Positions 60,627 to 64,000 of a DNA stretch of 64,000 nt are shown in pieces (position 1 is the stretch's first letter; the number at the start of each line of letters is the position of its first letter). The stretch covers positions 1 to 64,000 of the forward strand of contig JAEOSK010000007.1 in assembly GCA_016840405.1 (NCBI GenBank), given 5' to 3'. A program made the position numbers and the translations under genes. This stretch comes from Candidatus Hermodarchaeum yapensis. Lineage in GTDB: Archaea > Asgardarchaeota > Hermodarchaeia > Hermodarchaeales > Hermodarchaeaceae. The notes under the pieces are model-generated. The model had not been told where the DNA came from, did not search any database, and worked only from the letters and a program-made list of their open reading frames with translations.

Positions 60627-63440
60627 TTAGGGCTTCTTTGCTGTTTTCTTTGGCTTTTCTTTTTCCTTTCGGTCTGAAGTTTTAGCAGACTTTGAAGGTT
60701 TATCTTTTAAGAGCAGGTTAAATTCTCGGGGTTTTCTCCATTGTCGTTCGGAATGTAAATCAAGTGTAGCTGCTACAAGGTTGTCCTTAGTGCGTTTCAA
60801 AGTGAATCCCATTTTTTTCATCAGCTCTTGAGCTCGAAAGTTATCAGGTAACATAATCCCATAGATTTCATCTAATCCTCGTTCAATGCAAATTTCAATC
60901 ATATAATCAAGCATCTTCGAACCGAGTCCTAGTCGCTGCCATGGATCAGCAACAATGAACGCGATTTCTCCTCGTTTTCCGTCTGGTTCTTCAATCAGTC
61001 GAACAACACCCAAAATTTTCTCTTTCCCTTTCTCTTGGAGAACTGGAACAATACCGAGTTCTCGATCATAGTCAATGTTTGTGTATCGAATTCGAACTTC
61101 ATGGGGCGTATCTTTTATAATTTCAAAGAATCGGTAACGAATTGATTCCTCGCTAAAATTCTGGAACATTTCTAACCAGAGTAGCTCGTCTTCGGGTTTG
61201 ATTGGTCGAAATAACACATTTCGTCCATCACGCATACGCCATATCAATTCGTATTTCTTCGGATAGGGACTAATTACTAGTTCAGATGCTGGGTCGATTC
61301 TTTTGTCTATTCGTTCAATATCAATGGCGATTCTTGCATCCAATGCGATAGCCTGTTTATCGTCAATAAGCATGGGATTAATATCAATCTCAACGATTTC
61401 AGGGAAATCTACCATCATCTGAGAAAATTGAACAATGAGTTCTTCGAGGAGTTTGAGATTTGCAGGCTGTGTTCTTCGGTGTCCTTTTTTCAATATCTGA
61501 TAAACCCGAGTTTCTTCCATAATTCGTCGTGCCAGAGTCTGGTTTAATGGTGGAAAACCAATGGCCACATCTTTGAAGAATTCAACACCTACTCCTCCCA
61601 TACCAAAGAGAACAATCGGACCAAAGAGAGGATCTCTTTTTGCACCTAAAATCACTTCTACGCCATCAGATGAGATCATAGGTTGAACGGTTACGCCTTC
61701 TATTGTTGCATCAGGATTGTAATTTTTCGCGGATTCAATAATTTGATCAAATGCGTTTCGTACCTCCAAATCAGAGTTTAGATTTAAAATTACACCTCCA
61801 ACATCTGATTTATGGCTAATTTCAGGTGAGAGAATCTTTAGTACAACAGGGTAACCGATAGTTATCGCTGCCGCAGCTGCTTCGTCGACTGTTGATGCGA
61901 CCTTTGTTTTCACGACAGGGATGTTGTAATATTCAAGGATTTGTTTTGCTTCAACTTCAGTGAGAATAAACCGATTCTGTCGAGCTGCATTTCGAATGAT
62001 TACTCTTACAGGGCGTTTTGGGGGGCTGCTCTCTGTTGGGAGTTCCTCTGGTGTTTGATATAACAAATCAAGATTCTGTTTGTATTGATACATATACATA
62101 TATGCGGCTATAGCTTGTTCGGGTGTCCAATAAGTTGGGAAGCTGTTTTCCACAAAAATTCGGTTCGCTTCATCAACTTTCTCTGCACCCATGAATGATG
62201 TCAGAATTGTCTTATTACATCCCCCTCTTGCATCACACATTCCCACAACAGCTGAAGCAATATCTGACGCAGCCGTAATTGCCTGAGGTGTGTAGATAAT
62301 TAGAATTCCATCCACATTAGGATCTTTTAGACAAAGGTCCATAACCGTACGATAGCGTTCAGCGTCAGCGTCTCCTAGCACATCTATTGGGTTACCATGG
62401 CTCCAATAGGACGGGAGGAACTTATCAAGCCTTTTAATTGTTGTTTCATCAAGTTGTGCAAGCTTTCCACCACGAACGATTAAAGCATCTGCGGCCATCA
62501 CACCTGGACCTCCAGCATTAGTAATTATTGCTAATCGCGGTCCCTGAGGAAGTGGCTGCATTCCTAATACTTCAGCAGCATTGAAAAGATCAGTAATTTC
62601 CTCAACACGTACAATCCCTGCGCGTTTAAAGGCGGCATCATAGACCATGTCAGAACCGGTCAATGATCCCGTGTGTGACGCAGCAGCTTTGGCAGTCTCA
62701 CTGAATTTTCCGGCTTTAACGACAATCATGGGTTTTATTTTAGCAAAGTGGCGAGCAGCGCTCATGAACTTTCTGGCTTCTGAAATACCCTCAATGTACA
62801 TGAGAATACTTCGTGTTTGCGGATCGGTCCCGAAATAATCTATCAAATCACCAAAGTCGACATCTAGCATCGATCCAACTGACACAAAATGGCTAAATCC
62901 GATGTTTTGTACATTTGCCCAATCCAAAATAGCTGAACCCAACGCCCCGCTCTGTGAAATAAAGGCAATATTACCTGCTTTCGGCATGCTCTCAGCAAAA
63001 GTTCCATTTAATTTGATGGTTGGACGAATTACCCCGAAACAATTGGGACCGATGATACGCAAATTATACTGATTCTTCAATTCGGTTAGCTGTTTCTCTA
63101 AAGCCCGTCCTTCCTCACCGATCTCCCTAAACCCTGCAGAGATAATAATGATTCCAATTATCCCAGCTTTTCCACATTCTTCGACAATACTTGGAACCGT
63201 CTTTGCTGGAGTGGCAATTATCGCCAAATCAATAGAATCTGGAATCTCACCTACTCTCGGATAGGCTTTTTGACCCATAATTTCCTTTCGCCGAATATTA
63301 ACTGGGTAAACTTTACCCTCAAAGCCACTTTGTGTAAGATTAGTCATCAGTATCTGTCCAACCGTTCCCTCTTCTTCACTTGCACCGACGATAGCCACAC
63401 TTCGCGGGTTGAATATTTTATCTAAGTTCACAGTTACCAT
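60627..63440 (-). CDS. NDP-forming acyl-CoA ligase / GNAT acetyltransferase fusion (Pat-like)
   Basis: CoA-binding domain (IFNPRSVAIVGAS, GPNC, SQSGA), SHTG, ATP-grasp (HKSDVGGV, DINP) and C-terminal GNAT (WQRLGLG). Confidence 0.92.
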   Translation of the reverse strand: MVTVNLDKIFNPRSVAIVGASEEEGTVGQILMTNLTQSGFEGKVYPVNIRRKEIMGQKAYPRVGEIPDSIDLAIIATPAKTVPSIVEECGKAGIIGIIIISAGFREIGEEGRALEKQLTELKNQYNLRIIGPNCFGVIRPTIKLNGTFAESMPKAGNIAFISQSGALGSAILDWANVQNIGFSHFVSVGSMLDVDFGDLIDYFGTDPQTRSILMYIEGISEARKFMSAARHFAKIKPMIVVKAGKFSETAKAAASHTGSLTGSDMVYDAAFKRAGIVRVEEITDLFNAAEVLGMQPLPQGPRLAIITNAGGPGVMAADALIVRGGKLAQLDETTIKRLDKFLPSYWSHGNPIDVLGDADAERYRTVMDLCLKDPNVDGILIIYTPQAITAASDIASAVVGMCDARGGCNKTILTSFMGAEKVDEANRIFVENSFPTYWTPEQAIAAYMYMYQYKQNLDLLYQTPEELPTESSPPKRPVRVIIRNAARQNRFILTEVEAKQILEYYNIPVVKTKVASTVDEAAAAAITIGYPVVLKILSPEISHKSDVGGVILNLNSDLEVRNAFDQIIESAKNYNPDATIEGVTVQPMISSDGVEVILGAKRDPLFGPIVLFGMGGVGVEFFKDVAIGFPPLNQTLARRIMEETRVYQILKKGHRRTQPANLKLLEELIVQFSQMMVDFPEIVEIDINPMLIDDKQAIALDARIAIDIERIDKRIDPASELVISPYPKKYELIWRMRDGRNVLFRPIKPEDELLWLEMFQNFSEESIRYRFFEIIKDTPHEVRIRYTNIDYDRELGIVPVLQEKGKEKILGVVRLIEEPDGKRGEIAFIVADPWQRLGLGSKMLDYMIEICIERGLDEIYGIMLPDNFRAQELMKKMGFTLKRTKDNLVAATLDLHSERQWRKPREFNLLLKDKPSKSAKTSDRKEKEKPKKTAKKP

Positions 63441-63561
63441 TGGACGTACCTCCTTTGTTCTGAATGATTATAATTCGAGGTTCAAACAACTAATTGTGTT
63501 GCTTTTGCCTGTACTTCATGGGACATACCGCTTGAATCTGCCCATTTTTTTACTTGATTCA

Positions 63562-64000
63562 TTATGAAGCCTTCGCTAAAAAGTCCTCTAGAAATATTGC
63601 GTATTCACAAGGATGTGTCCCATTCTGAATGAGGGACTTAATGATCCTAATGCGACCTTTTCCGGTCTTTGTAACACGAGATAGGATATATTCAATAGCT
63701 TTTTTGCGAAATGAACATAACCAGGTTTTTTGTTCATTTTTCACTAGTTTATAGTAAGGGCAAGTGCGGTATTTGAGGGTAAAGCCTCCTTCAAAATATT
63801 CAATTTCCACTTGGATACCAAGCTCTCGGTACATTTCGAGTAGACGATTACCAACCTCGTTCAGTGACCATGGATAATCGCGCGGGAAGAGCTCGTCTAA
63901 TGTTGGTTTTACTTGTGCAAGTGCATCTTTAGCAGAATCTGCAGCGATAGCATCACTAACCATTTGTACCACCTCGCTGCGGTGAAGGGGACTAAGACTT
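63562..64000 (-). CDS. V4R/methanogen-output-domain-like protein, 5' partial
   Basis: TCPY...LC...PCEY pattern; the frame is open to the window edge. Confidence 0.6.
   Translation of the reverse strand, partial: SLSPLHRSEVVQMVSDAIAADSAKDALAQVKPTLDELFPRDYPWSLNEVGNRLLEMYRELGIQVEIEYFEGGFTLKYRTCPYYKLVKNEQKTWLCSFRKKAIEYILSRVTKTGKGRIRIIKSLIQNGTHPCEYAIFLEDFLAKAS

Overview
This is a 64 kb archaeal chromosome segment, most likely from an Asgard archaeon. Archaeal markers are gatDE, two TFBs, archaeal-type TpiA and A/V-ATPase genes; an eL22-like protein and a TRAP-beta-like domain suggest Asgard. Most of it is housekeeping and metabolism: a split A/V-ATPase cluster, a P-type ATPase, histidine utilisation genes (hutH, hutI, ftcD, hutU), CorA, MscS, MscL, GlyRS, GatDE, Ppa, an acyl-CoA ligase-GNAT fusion, tRNA-Arg(TCT) and an 1896-aa repeat surface protein. 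Main unusual items: (1) a membrane-anchored tandem PLD-nuclease-Alba fusion, in a co-oriented run with a Rho-N/HeH-like membrane protein and an ABC pair. (2) Two homologous ~200-bp ORF-less IS200/IS605 mini-elements that keep a left end, a TATA box, an omegaRNA-like scaffold and a right end, alongside a dead tnpB; one supplies the stop codon of a ubiquitin-like SAMP gene. (3) A reductive dehalogenase with an unannotated N-terminal ABCE1/RLI-type FeS domain and an apparent ACG start. (4) A rotor subunit c with at least 4 Glu-bearing hairpins. (5) An apparently permuted MscL. (6) Tandem TFB genes with long structured leaders. All calls come from motif recognition by eye; no database searches were run.
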